Translations under genes and position numbers: made by a program | The notes under the pieces: model-generated | Database searches by the model: none | Told to the model about the DNA's origin: nothing | What the model saw: the letters and a program-made list of their open reading frames with translations, nothing else | IMG/VR virus record: IMGVR_UViG_3300009151_000287 | Coordinates: 1-28,607 of that record | Reading direction: 5' to 3' (one strand) | Length of the DNA: 28,607 nucleotides | Source: a virus | Lineage: Duplodnaviria > Caudoviricetes | Shown here: one piece after another, positions 15,284 to 24,817 of the stretch | How the letters are laid out: each line of letters starts with the position of its first letter | Position numbering within the stretch: position 1 is the stretch's first letter

Positions 15284-15871
15284 ATGCCAGAAACCATCAA
15301 GAAGGCCACCAGAAGGCCCGCTAAGACACCGAAGGCCACTACGCAAGCCCAAGGTAGCACCGCGCCCGCAAAGACGCCTGTAGCGCCTAGCGCAATTGGA
15401 CGCCCGACAAAGTTTAACCAACAGACAGCAAACCTCATATGCATGATGCTCAGTGAGGGAATGAGCCTAAGACAGATACTGAAGGCAGACAAGGCGGGAG
15501 TGCTTCCTGCGCAGAGTACGGTTTACGAGTGGTTGTTGCGCCATCCCTCGTTTGCGGAGCAATACACACGCGCCCGTGAGGAGCAGGCCGACACCAATGC
15601 TGACGAAATCCTCGCCATCGCTGACGAGATGCCCCCTGAGTACACCGACAAGGAGGGGCGGACTTACCTTGACCAGACGTTCATCGCTTGGCAGAAGAAC
15701 CGCATAGAGGCCCGCAAGTGGACGGCGATGAAACTCAAGCCCAAGAAGTACGGTGACCGCGTGGCGCTCGAAGGCGTGGAAGGCGGAGCCGCCATCAAAA
15801 CCGAGGACACCAGTGCAAATAAATTCCTTGAAGTCATTCGCAACCTTGAGATGACGAAGCGTGCTGGCTGA
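15284..15871 (+). CDS. terS: terminase small subunit (Sf6/P22-like HTH type)
   Basis: GRPTKF...IC..LSEG.SLR.I...P..STVYEWL...F..QY.RARE...ARKW...KL.PKKYGD; directly before terL. Confidence 0.9.
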   Translation: MPETIKKATRRPAKTPKATTQAQGSTAPAKTPVAPSAIGRPTKFNQQTANLICMMLSEGMSLRQILKADKAGVLPAQSTVYEWLLRHPSFAEQYTRAREEQADTNADEILAIADEMPPEYTDKEGRTYLDQTFIAWQKNRIEARKWTAMKLKPKKYGDRVALEGVEGGAAIKTEDTSANKFLEVIRNLEMTKRAG

Positions 15872-17294
15872 ACTGCTTGAAGACCCTGAAGTACAGGCGG
15901 AGTTCAACGCCCAAGGGGAGCATGACCGCATCGCACAGATTGCCCACGCTGGGTGGGTGGTTCAAGCGCACGCTTACCAAATACCGCCAGACTTAGAGAT
16001 TGACTACACCATCTTCTTGATGCTTGCAGGGCGAGGGGCAGGGAAAACCCGTAGTGCCGCTGAGGCGCTGTGGTGGTGGGCATGGACTCACCCGAACACG
16101 ATGAGCATTGTGCTGGCTCCAACGTCAGGCGACTTGAAGTTCACCTGCTTTGAGGGGCCGTCTGGCCTGCTGGCCTGCATACCTAAGCCGCTGGTGGTGG
16201 ACTACAACAAGCAAGACCACCTCATCAAGCTGTCCAACGGTTCCAAGATTCGAGGCGTGTCGGCTGACTCATATGACCGCCTGCGTGGTATCAACTCCTC
16301 GTTCTGCTGGTGTGACGAGTTGGCGGCGTTCCAGTACCTTGGCCCGAACGAGGCGTGGGACAACATGATGCTGGGCCTGCGTATCAAGCCAGACGACAAG
16401 CCTCATAGCCACCCGCGTGTCATTGTGACCACGACACCGCGCCCAAAGGATTTGATTCTTGACCTCGTAGGGCGCGAGGGTGATGACGTGGTGGTCTCCC
16501 GCGCCAGCACCTACGACAACGCCAAGAACCTTGACAAGGCGTTCCAGAAGCAGTTGGAGACCTACCGTGGGTCTAAGCTGTACGAGCAGGAAGTGATGGG
16601 CCTCGTGGTCGACCTTGAAGACGGCAAGGTGGTCAGTCGCGATATGTTCAAGATGTACCCGCACGACAAGCCCTTCCCGAAGTTCGAGTACATCGTCCAG
16701 TCCTACGACTCTGCCTACACCGACAAGACCTACAACGACCCGACCGCCATGACAACGTGGGGCGTGTTCAAGCCACTGGATGGCCCGATGTCCGTCCTGC
16801 TCCTTGACTGCTGGGCCGAGCATCTGACGTTCCCCAAGCTAAAGCCCAAGGTGCTGGATGAGTGGCGCGTCTCCTATGGCGAGGGCAAGGACGCCAAGCG
16901 GCCTGACCTGATACTGGTGGAGGCCAAGGCGTCTGGCCTGTCACTGGTGCAGGAGTTGCAGGCCATGCACCTGCCTGTGCGTGCGTGGAACCCCGGCGGT
17001 GCGGACAAGATGACCAGATTGCAGATTACCGCCTCAATCTTTGCAACTGGGCGCGTCTGGCTCCCTGAGTCGTCTGTCCACAAGGGCTACGTCAAGGACT
17101 GGGCCGAGGGCTTCCTGTCGCAGATATGCGCCTTTCCTGATGCCGCGCACGACGACTACGTTGACAGCGCAACACAAGCGATTCGGTTATTGAAAGACAT
17201 GGGTTTCCTCGACATCAACCCTGAGCCTCGGTATGATGACGATGATGACTATGCTTATACCCGTAAAGAGCGGGTCAACCCTTATGCGGCGTAA
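15861..17294 (+). CDS. terL: terminase large subunit
   Basis: Walker A AGRGAGKT, Walker B WCDELAA, TTTP coupling motif, nuclease SYDSA...HDDYVDS. Confidence 0.95.
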   Translation: MLAELLEDPEVQAEFNAQGEHDRIAQIAHAGWVVQAHAYQIPPDLEIDYTIFLMLAGRGAGKTRSAAEALWWWAWTHPNTMSIVLAPTSGDLKFTCFEGPSGLLACIPKPLVVDYNKQDHLIKLSNGSKIRGVSADSYDRLRGINSSFCWCDELAAFQYLGPNEAWDNMMLGLRIKPDDKPHSHPRVIVTTTPRPKDLILDLVGREGDDVVVSRASTYDNAKNLDKAFQKQLETYRGSKLYEQEVMGLVVDLEDGKVVSRDMFKMYPHDKPFPKFEYIVQSYDSAYTDKTYNDPTAMTTWGVFKPLDGPMSVLLLDCWAEHLTFPKLKPKVLDEWRVSYGEGKDAKRPDLILVEAKASGLSLVQELQAMHLPVRAWNPGGADKMTRLQITASIFATGRVWLPESSVHKGYVKDWAEGFLSQICAFPDAAHDDYVDSATQAIRLLKDMGFLDINPEPRYDDDDDYAYTRKERVNPYAA

Positions 17295-17296
17295 CT

Positions 17297-20200
17297 ATGG
17301 CAGACCCTAAAAAGATATTAGGTGGACTTAGCAAGATTGGCAGGGCGCTCACCGCGACCGACGACGAGGCCCGGCTGGCTGAACTGCTCTCGCATGGTGG
17401 CGACAAGACTCTGCCCTTGATGTTGCCCCGCGCCAACCTGTCCAGCGACTTCATCAACCAACAGGCCGAGCGCGTGGCCCGTCAGATGCTTGGCGAACAC
17501 GTTGTCAGCGGCAAGCCCAAGGAGACCTTCAACCTAGCGGGCCGCTCCAAAAAGGAGAGTGAACGGGTCAAGGGGCTGGACTACAAGCTAACGCCTACTG
17601 GGACTGTGGCTGAGGAAGTGCCGTATACCCCACGCAGGGGCGACCTGAAGGTGGCGTTCCCCGGCGACCAGACCGTGTCCAACAAGGTGCTGGAGGAAAT
17701 CAACGGCTTCCCCATCGACTCGGTGCAGGAGGGCGGAGCGTACTACGGCTTAGGCCAAAAGCATTTGGATGTGCCTGAGTTCTGGAAGTCCAACGAGGTT
17801 CCAGCCAAAGGCATACAAAGCAAGATTGACCGAGCGGCTGAGTTGTTCGAGCCTGACCGCGTCATCGGCTCCCACCTTGCTATGGGGCCAACGTCCAACA
17901 ACTTTGCCATGCACTTTGCGGACGCCAACCTACGGGCGATTGACTGGTCAAAGGCCCAGCCAAAGAAAATCAACCAGTTTGACAGCATCATTGCCAATGG
18001 GTACAAAGACCCCAAGACTGGCGAGTTGGTGACGTTCCCGCATTGGCCCGGACTTGCTGACCGCGAGGGCGCACTTGCCGCCATGAAGAACGACAGCGAC
18101 TTGCGCAAGTGGTTCAACAACCGCATGAAGGTTCCCTCGGTGACCGAGCCTCTGGGCCTGCCGAACGGGCTGGACATCCAGTACGCCATCACCGAGCCTC
18201 GCCTGCGCGACATGGAAATCAACATGACTGGCCTGATGACGGGCGAACTCAAACCCGGCTCACTGGTGGAGGCCGCAGGCAACCCGCACAACACCTACAC
18301 CCACCGCATACTGGGTGAGGCTGGAGGCCCGCAGGAGGTGCTGACGCCTTTTGTCATTGACTTCCCAGACGCCGCCCAGCACATCGCCTCGACCAAACGC
18401 CCCTCGGACTTCACTGGGACAATCCAAAAGGTCTTCCCTCACCAATTGGTGGACGACCAGTACATCAACCAGTACAACCAATACCGCGACCGCATCAAGG
18501 AATTGACGGGCCAGAAAGAAGGCGGAGCCGTTGACGACTTCGACTCCAAAGTGGACAAGCTGATTGAAGACCACCACTTCGACAGCCGCCTGCACAGCAT
18601 GATTGAAAGCCACATGGCTGACGGCGGAGTCCCGCATATGGCGGATGCTGGCAGGGTTGTTAAGGGCGCGACCAAAGCCTTCAAGAAGCTGTTCAGTGAC
18701 GACGTCCTGCCGATGGCTACCCGTGACGCCAACCTCGCCAGCTTTCTTGAGCCAAGCAAGATACAGCAACGCCTGTACCACGGCACGACTGCGACCGAGG
18801 GCGGCAAGGGAACTGAGGCCATCAAGCGCATTAAAGCCAGCAAGGAAGGCGCTCTAGGCTCTGGGGTGTACCTTACCCCTAGTTCGGCCCACGCAAGCGG
18901 CTACAGCGGAATTCCCAACGACGCGGCCCTTGACGCTATGCGTGCCAACAATTACGGAGACATGGCGGACACGTTTATGGCTGACCGAGCCAAAGGCACA
19001 CTGCGTGAAGGGCAGGCGGGCGGCAATATGTTGCCAGTCCACGCCCAGATTAAGAACCCGCTTGTCATCGAAGGAACCCACGGCGACCCCATGATTGAGG
19101 CGCTGACCAAGCTGGGCATGGACGAGGACAAGGCATCCGCACTTGTGGAGCGTGCCTACGAGAACAAGGGTTACATCGGCAAGGAGGTCGAGTCTCGCGC
19201 CCGTGCCGCTGGGTATGACGGCTTGGCCCAATACCGCAATGGCGAGTTGAGCGAGGTCGTGGCCTACGACCCCAACACCGTGAAGAGCGCCATCGGAAAC
19301 CGTGGAACCTACGACCTCAATGAGCCTGACCTGAACAAAGCTGACGGTGGGAAGATTGTCAAGGGGGCTGCTAAGGCGTTCAAAAAGCTGTTTGAAGATG
19401 ATGTGGTAAATGGAATGAGAGTCAGAACAGACATTCCAAACCTGTCATCAATTGGCGCGTCTTTGGATAATTACTCTACGCATGGATTGCAAGAAGTGCC
19501 AATGAGCGCCTTTGAAACTGTTGGCAAGCCAAGATACAGAAGCGTCCAAGAAAGGGAACGCACCCAAGAGTTGGCGCGGCAAATTCAACAGAACAAAGAA
19601 CTGAACCCATTGATTGTTGTTAAGGATGCCGAGGGGCATTACATCCTTGAGGGAGGTCATAGGTTTGATGCGCTACGAGAGTTGGATATAGATTCCTTCC
19701 CGGCCTTGATGGTGCATGATTTGGATTCTTTGGCGGAACAAGTGCCTGTCGTCAAAGCTGAGGGCGGCTTACTCCACATGGCTGACGCTGGTCGAGTAGT
19801 CAAGGGGCTGGGCAAGCTGGGCAAAAAGCTGTTCTCTGACCCAGAAGATATGACCGCCGTGGTCAGGGGCGGAACCCGCAGGTTCGGTGACGAGATAGGC
19901 GGCAACTCCATCATCAAAGAGACTGGTGGTAACTGGCTTGGTGGAGAAGTAGAAAAGCAGTTGAAGCGGCTGCAAATGGGCGACACAGTTCCCAAGCAAG
20001 ATATTGAAAAACTTAAAGGCTCAATTGATACGGCAAAGCGAGTTACTGGAAGAGACGCCACTGTTGACCGAGCAATCCGCCAGATGGAAAACGAGTTGGA
20101 TGTACAGACTCGCAACAACGCGCTAAATGCTTGGATGGAATCCAACTTGACCAATTATGTCAAAAAGCAAATGGGTACGGCTGATGACCCAGTTCGCAAG

Positions 20201-21931
20201 CTGGCGGAGCAGGACATTCTTCACATGGAGCCGTTTGGCAATGCTGATGCTGGACGCCTCACCATGAAAAAACGCGCTGGCCTTGGATATCCATATCAAG
20301 GCGTAGGCGAGAGCGACAAAGCTAAATTTTGGGAGCGATTGTCTGATTCCGCAATTGACCCGTATCCTGCTGGCTCATACAAGCATGGCTCTTTGGATGA
20401 ATCAATCTTAGCCAATAACCCGTGGCTTCAAAAAGTTTCAGACGAAACCATGATTAACTCAGCCAAGGGTTTGACACGAGACCTTGGCTTTGACCACATC
20501 ATTGACGTTTTGCGCCAAGATGTTAGAGAAGGCCGCATCCGCCCTGAGCAACTTAACAAGGTCAGCATGGAGCAGGCTGTACGCCGCACCCATGAGTATG
20601 ACCAAGAGATGGCAAAGAAGATGCGCGAGACGCAAGCCAAGGTCACCGAGGGTATGCCAACCCACAAGGAGTATCCAGAGGGCTACAAGTGGATTGAGTT
20701 GACCGAGTCAAAAGACTTACCCAAGGGCTGGAGTCAAGATTCGGCAGGCGTCTACCTTGGCCCCAATGGGGAGCGCACCATCATCAACCCTTCCCGCGAG
20801 AACTTGGATTCTGCCCTCAAGTATGAAGGCAACACAATGGGCCACTGCGTTGGCTCTTACTGTGATGACGTTGCTGGTGGCAAGTCGCGCATCTACAGCC
20901 TGCGTGATGCCAAGGGTGAGCCTCATGTGACGGTAGAGGTAAAACCGCATGAGGGATGGTTTACCACAGCCGACAAGATGCCAGACCCTTCAGGAAAAAA
21001 TAAAAGTTTTCATGAACTTATTGACAATGAAAGGTTAGAGTTAGCGCAGCAAAAAGGCGGTTATGGAAATATTGGTGAGTCTTATGAAGACACTGCAAAC
21101 AGGTTGGCAAGACAATATCAGTTAGAGGCCAAGCCTGAAATTATCCAAATTAAGGGTAAACAAAACCGCGCACCCAAAGAAGAGTACCTGCCATTTGTGC
21201 AGGACTTCGTGAAAAGCGGCGACTGGTCTAGAGTTGGTGACTTGCAAAACACTGGATTAAAACCATACAAAGGTGCAGGCGATTTGAAGTACGTTACCCC
21301 AGAAGAGTACAACATAGAACTTCAAAAAGAACTTGGTCTTTTGCCACCAGCAGAAGGCATGGCTCAAGGCGGTGGCGTATTCAAAAAGCTACAGTTCATG
21401 GACAAGGGCGGACTTACCACCAGTGGCGGCACGTTCTCCCCTGAAGACTTGGGCGTCAACGCTGACGATATTGGCTTGAGCAAAGAGCAGTGGGAAGCAG
21501 CCAAGCGTAACGCGCCAATCATTGCTAGAAAAGCTGGCAAGATGGCAAAGGACGAGTTGCTTGACGAGTACAACCAGTTCAAGAGTTTGCGTGGCGTGAA
21601 GGACTTTGCCCTGCGCACTAGCGCTTCATACCTTGGCGGTATACCTGACTTGGTGAACTTGGGGTTAATGATTCCTGACGCTGTTATTGGAACCAACTTG
21701 GCTTCTGAGAAGCCTTGGTTTGGCTCTGAGCAATACATGGAGAAGATGAAGCAGGCTGGAATGCTTGGAGAGAACGAGTTCCCCTTGGCTGAGATTGCCG
21801 CAGGAATTCTTGCGCCAGCGGGCATGATTAAAAAGGGAATTAAAAAGGGTAGTCAATTATTCAGGGGCGCTAAAGAGGCCTCCGAGATTCCCAAAAAACG
21901 GGTAGGCGGACTTACCGCTATGGCACGATAA
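17297..21931 (+). CDS. 1544-aa polyvalent protein: unknown domain, ADP-ribosyltransferase, ParB-like and PcfJ-like domains, joined by repeated linkers
   Basis: ART: RLYHGT..GSGVYLTPS..GYDG..EVVAYDP..KSAIGN.GT; ParB-like: PLIVVK..YILEGGHRFDAL; PcfJ-like: EGNTMGHCVGSY..IYSLRD..PHVTVEV..QIKGKQN. Confidence 0.8.
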   Translation: MADPKKILGGLSKIGRALTATDDEARLAELLSHGGDKTLPLMLPRANLSSDFINQQAERVARQMLGEHVVSGKPKETFNLAGRSKKESERVKGLDYKLTPTGTVAEEVPYTPRRGDLKVAFPGDQTVSNKVLEEINGFPIDSVQEGGAYYGLGQKHLDVPEFWKSNEVPAKGIQSKIDRAAELFEPDRVIGSHLAMGPTSNNFAMHFADANLRAIDWSKAQPKKINQFDSIIANGYKDPKTGELVTFPHWPGLADREGALAAMKNDSDLRKWFNNRMKVPSVTEPLGLPNGLDIQYAITEPRLRDMEINMTGLMTGELKPGSLVEAAGNPHNTYTHRILGEAGGPQEVLTPFVIDFPDAAQHIASTKRPSDFTGTIQKVFPHQLVDDQYINQYNQYRDRIKELTGQKEGGAVDDFDSKVDKLIEDHHFDSRLHSMIESHMADGGVPHMADAGRVVKGATKAFKKLFSDDVLPMATRDANLASFLEPSKIQQRLYHGTTATEGGKGTEAIKRIKASKEGALGSGVYLTPSSAHASGYSGIPNDAALDAMRANNYGDMADTFMADRAKGTLREGQAGGNMLPVHAQIKNPLVIEGTHGDPMIEALTKLGMDEDKASALVERAYENKGYIGKEVESRARAAGYDGLAQYRNGELSEVVAYDPNTVKSAIGNRGTYDLNEPDLNKADGGKIVKGAAKAFKKLFEDDVVNGMRVRTDIPNLSSIGASLDNYSTHGLQEVPMSAFETVGKPRYRSVQERERTQELARQIQQNKELNPLIVVKDAEGHYILEGGHRFDALRELDIDSFPALMVHDLDSLAEQVPVVKAEGGLLHMADAGRVVKGLGKLGKKLFSDPEDMTAVVRGGTRRFGDEIGGNSIIKETGGNWLGGEVEKQLKRLQMGDTVPKQDIEKLKGSIDTAKRVTGRDATVDRAIRQMENELDVQTRNNALNAWMESNLTNYVKKQMGTADDPVRKLAEQDILHMEPFGNADAGRLTMKKRAGLGYPYQGVGESDKAKFWERLSDSAIDPYPAGSYKHGSLDESILANNPWLQKVSDETMINSAKGLTRDLGFDHIIDVLRQDVREGRIRPEQLNKVSMEQAVRRTHEYDQEMAKKMRETQAKVTEGMPTHKEYPEGYKWIELTESKDLPKGWSQDSAGVYLGPNGERTIINPSRENLDSALKYEGNTMGHCVGSYCDDVAGGKSRIYSLRDAKGEPHVTVEVKPHEGWFTTADKMPDPSGKNKSFHELIDNERLELAQQKGGYGNIGESYEDTANRLARQYQLEAKPEIIQIKGKQNRAPKEEYLPFVQDFVKSGDWSRVGDLQNTGLKPYKGAGDLKYVTPEEYNIELQKELGLLPPAEGMAQGGGVFKKLQFMDKGGLTTSGGTFSPEDLGVNADDIGLSKEQWEAAKRNAPIIARKAGKMAKDELLDEYNQFKSLRGVKDFALRTSASYLGGIPDLVNLGLMIPDAVIGTNLASEKPWFGSEQYMEKMKQAGMLGENEFPLAEIAAGILAPAGMIKKGIKKGSQLFRGAKEASEIPKKRVGGLTAMAR
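18611..19840 (+). repeat. three copies of an internal linker repeat in the polyvalent protein (about 18611-18703, 19334-19402, 19754-19840)
   Basis: MADAGRVVKGATKAFKKLFSDD / KADGGKIVKGAAKAFKKLFEDD / MADAGRVVKGLGKLGKKLFSD. Confidence 0.9.
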
Positions 21932-21940
21932 GGATTACAC

Positions 21941-24454
21941 ATGGCAACAGAATTTCCAATTGGCCCAGACGAAGACCGCTTCGTTGAAGGCATCCGCATG
22001 ACTGACGACGGTGGCGCTGAGGTGGATATGCTTCCCGGCGAGGAGCCTGATGTCGAGGAGTTGCCTGACGGCTCTGCTGTGGTCAAGTTGCAGGACTTCA
22101 AAGGCCCAGCCGAGGACGAGGACTTCTACGCCAACTTGGCTGAGGAGGTCATCAGCGTGCGCGAGTTGGAGTCGTTGGCCCTGCGGTACATCGAACTAAT
22201 TGACAACGACCGCCAAGCCCGCAAGAAGCGCGACAAGCAGTACGAAGAGGGTTTGCGTCGCACGGGCATGGGTGACGATGCGCCCGGTGGCGCTCAGTTC
22301 CTCGGAGCCTCCAAGGTCGTCCACCCCATGATGGCTGAGGCGTGCGTGGACTTTGCTTCCCGCGCCATTAAGGAAATGTTCCCGCCAGACGGCCCAGCCA
22401 AGACCAAGATTCTTGGAGAGGTTACCGAAGAGAAGACCGAGGTCGCCGAGCGCAAGCGCGACTACATCAACTGGCAATTGACCGAACAGATTGAAGAGTT
22501 CAGGGACGAGCAGGAGCAAATGCTGACCCAATTGCCGTTGGGTGGTTCACAGTTTATGAAGCTGTGGTTTGACGAGAAGAAACGCCGACCTTGCGCTGAG
22601 TTCGTCGCCATTGACAACATCCTGCTTCCCTTCGCCTCTGCTAACTTCTACACCTCCCAGCGGGTGACCGAACAGCAGGACATCAGCGAGTGGGAATTCA
22701 AGCAACGCATTGACCGCGGCCTGTACCGCGACATCAACTTCATCCGCACCACGTCCGAGCCAGAGCAGACTGCCGCCGAGAAGGCTAACGCCAAGATTGA
22801 GGGTAAGCAGTTCCAAGACGGCGAGGATGGCCTGCGCCGCGTGTACCACATCTACACATGGCTTGACCTTGAGGATGACGAGCGCACCAAGGGCGACACT
22901 GCCCCCTACATCCTGATGATTGACGAGTTGGATAACTCGGTGGTCGGCTTGTACCGCAATTGGGAAGAGGGAGACGACACCCTAACCAAGCTGGATTGGA
23001 TTGTCGAGTTCAAATTCATCCCTTGGCGGGGCGCGTATGCCATTGGGCTACCTCACCTCATCGGTGGTCTCTCAGCCGCCGCCACGGGGTCATTGCGGGC
23101 CTTGCTGGACACCGCTCACGTCAACAACTCCCTGACCATGCTCAAGTTGAAGGGGGCCAAGGTTTCGGGTCAGTCCGACCAAGTTGAAATCACGCAGGTG
23201 ACAGAGATTGAAGGCGGCATCGGTGTGGACGACATCCGCAAAATTGCGATGCCCATGCCCTTTAACCCGCCCAGCCCCGTGCTGTTTGAGTTGCTGGGTT
23301 GGCTGACGACTGAGGCCAAGGGCGTGGTGACCACCGCCGAGGAGAAGATTGCCGACGCCAATTCCAATATGCCCGTGGGTACAACTCAGGCGCTGATTGA
23401 GCAGGGCGCTGTGGTGTTCTCCTCCATCCACTCGCGCCTGCATGACGCCCAGCGCCGCGTGCTGCACATCCTTGGGCGCATCAACCGCTGGCACTTAGAC
23501 GTCCAACGCAAGGGTGACATTGTTGCCGAGTTGCCCATCAAGCGCGAGGACTTCAAGCGCAACAGCGACGTGGTTCCCGTGTCCGACCCGCACATCTTCT
23601 CTGAGACCCAGCGTATCAGCCAGATGCAATCGGTCATGCAGTTGTCCGCACAGTTTCCGCAGATTTTTGACCAGCGTGCGGTAGTGAGCCGTATGCTCAA
23701 GCAACTCAAAGTACCAAACGTCAACGAGTTGATGCCCAATACGGGTAAACCCGCAGAACTAAACGCGGCAGACGAGAACAGCGCAATGGCATTGGGCAAG
23801 CCAGCCTTCGCTTACCCGCGCCAAGACCACCTCGCGCACATCCAAACTCACCTTACGTTTGCGCTTGACCCGATGTTAGGCTCCAACCGCCTCATCGCGC
23901 CCAAGTTCATCCCGCAGGTGCTGGAACACATCAAGCAACACATGATGCTTTGGTACACCCAACAGGTGCAGGGCTACGTCTTGGCGGCTGGAGGAAAGAG
24001 CATGGGCAAGTACGAGGAAAGCAAAATTGCCAAAGAAATCGACCGCGCCATTGCGGTGGCGTCAGACCATGTCAGTTTGGACACCAAGAACGTGTTCCAA
24101 GGTGTGTTGCCTGCGTTGGAGCAGCTTGGTCAAATCATGCAACAGTTCAAACCACCAGCCCCACCAATGGACGGCGAGGCTCAGGCCGTGTTGCAGGCTT
24201 CTATGGCAGAAACCCAGCGCCGTGCTGCCGCAGACCAAGCCCGTTTGGCCTTCGACAGTCAGAAGTTCCAAGCGGAAATGCAAAAAGACCAGCAAGAGCA
24301 GGAGGCAAAGGTGGCTATGAATGCCGAAAACAACCTTACCACCGAACGTATCAAGACCGCAGAGTTGACCGTAGACGAGGTCAAGCTACGGCAGGAGCAG
24401 GAAAAAACTGCAATCGCGCTGAATAAGCAAACTCAACGTAACTTAGGAGATTGA
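21941..24454 (+). CDS. portal protein
   Basis: 837 aa after terL; VHPMMAEACVDF, LPLGGSQFMKLW, PVGTT.ALIEQG..VFS.IH.RLH, PVSDP segments and a Q-rich coiled-coil C-terminus as in podovirus portals. Confidence 0.88.
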   Translation: MATEFPIGPDEDRFVEGIRMTDDGGAEVDMLPGEEPDVEELPDGSAVVKLQDFKGPAEDEDFYANLAEEVISVRELESLALRYIELIDNDRQARKKRDKQYEEGLRRTGMGDDAPGGAQFLGASKVVHPMMAEACVDFASRAIKEMFPPDGPAKTKILGEVTEEKTEVAERKRDYINWQLTEQIEEFRDEQEQMLTQLPLGGSQFMKLWFDEKKRRPCAEFVAIDNILLPFASANFYTSQRVTEQQDISEWEFKQRIDRGLYRDINFIRTTSEPEQTAAEKANAKIEGKQFQDGEDGLRRVYHIYTWLDLEDDERTKGDTAPYILMIDELDNSVVGLYRNWEEGDDTLTKLDWIVEFKFIPWRGAYAIGLPHLIGGLSAAATGSLRALLDTAHVNNSLTMLKLKGAKVSGQSDQVEITQVTEIEGGIGVDDIRKIAMPMPFNPPSPVLFELLGWLTTEAKGVVTTAEEKIADANSNMPVGTTQALIEQGAVVFSSIHSRLHDAQRRVLHILGRINRWHLDVQRKGDIVAELPIKREDFKRNSDVVPVSDPHIFSETQRISQMQSVMQLSAQFPQIFDQRAVVSRMLKQLKVPNVNELMPNTGKPAELNAADENSAMALGKPAFAYPRQDHLAHIQTHLTFALDPMLGSNRLIAPKFIPQVLEHIKQHMMLWYTQQVQGYVLAAGGKSMGKYEESKIAKEIDRAIAVASDHVSLDTKNVFQGVLPALEQLGQIMQQFKPPAPPMDGEAQAVLQASMAETQRRAAADQARLAFDSQKFQAEMQKDQQEQEAKVAMNAENNLTTERIKTAELTVDEVKLRQEQEKTAIALNKQTQRNLGD

Positions 24455-24455
24455 A

Positions 24456-24635
24456 ATGGAAAACGAAGTCAAGGAAATGCAATCCGAGCAGGTAAGGCTG
24501 AAAGCCCGTATGGCAGCAGGCGCTTGGGTTACAGGTGAATCACTAAAAGAGGAATCAAAAGCGACCATGCCACTAGCCAACAGCGACCACGGGAATTTTT
24601 CCCAACCCAAGGGCATTGACAAGAAAAACGCATGA
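24456..24635 (+). CDS. hypothetical protein (59 aa, not in ORF track)
   Basis: MENEVKEMQSEQVRLKARMAAG...; AGGAG SD; overlaps the next start. Confidence 0.65.
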   Translation: MENEVKEMQSEQVRLKARMAAGAWVTGESLKEESKATMPLANSDHGNFSQPKGIDKKNA

Positions 24636-24817
24636 AGTTGGTATCCGACTTTATTGGCGCTGTAAAAGCGCGTCAGGCTGAGATTGCAAAGGGGTTGGCG
24701 CATGGAAATGCGTCCGACTTCAATGCATACCAACGCCTAGTCGGAGAAAACCTCGGCCTTGAATCTGCCCTTGAGATTCTTAACCACCTTTTGAAAGAAG
24801 ATGAAGATGACAGATAG
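24632..24817 (+). CDS. small hypothetical head-module protein
   Basis: 61 aa, L..G.A.DF..YQRLVG...GL pattern, directly before the GroES-like gene. Confidence 0.7.
   Translation: MKLVSDFIGAVKARQAEIAKGLAHGNASDFNAYQRLVGENLGLESALEILNHLLKEDEDDR

Noticed and set aside
14854-15492. 212-aa minus-strand ORF across the terS upstream region
   Set aside because: Overlaps terS and plus-strand genes antisense; no recognisable motif
17297-21931. Intein or intron inserted in terL or portal
   Set aside because: terL and portal look complete; the ORF has its own start and stop and no Hint or homing-endonuclease motifs
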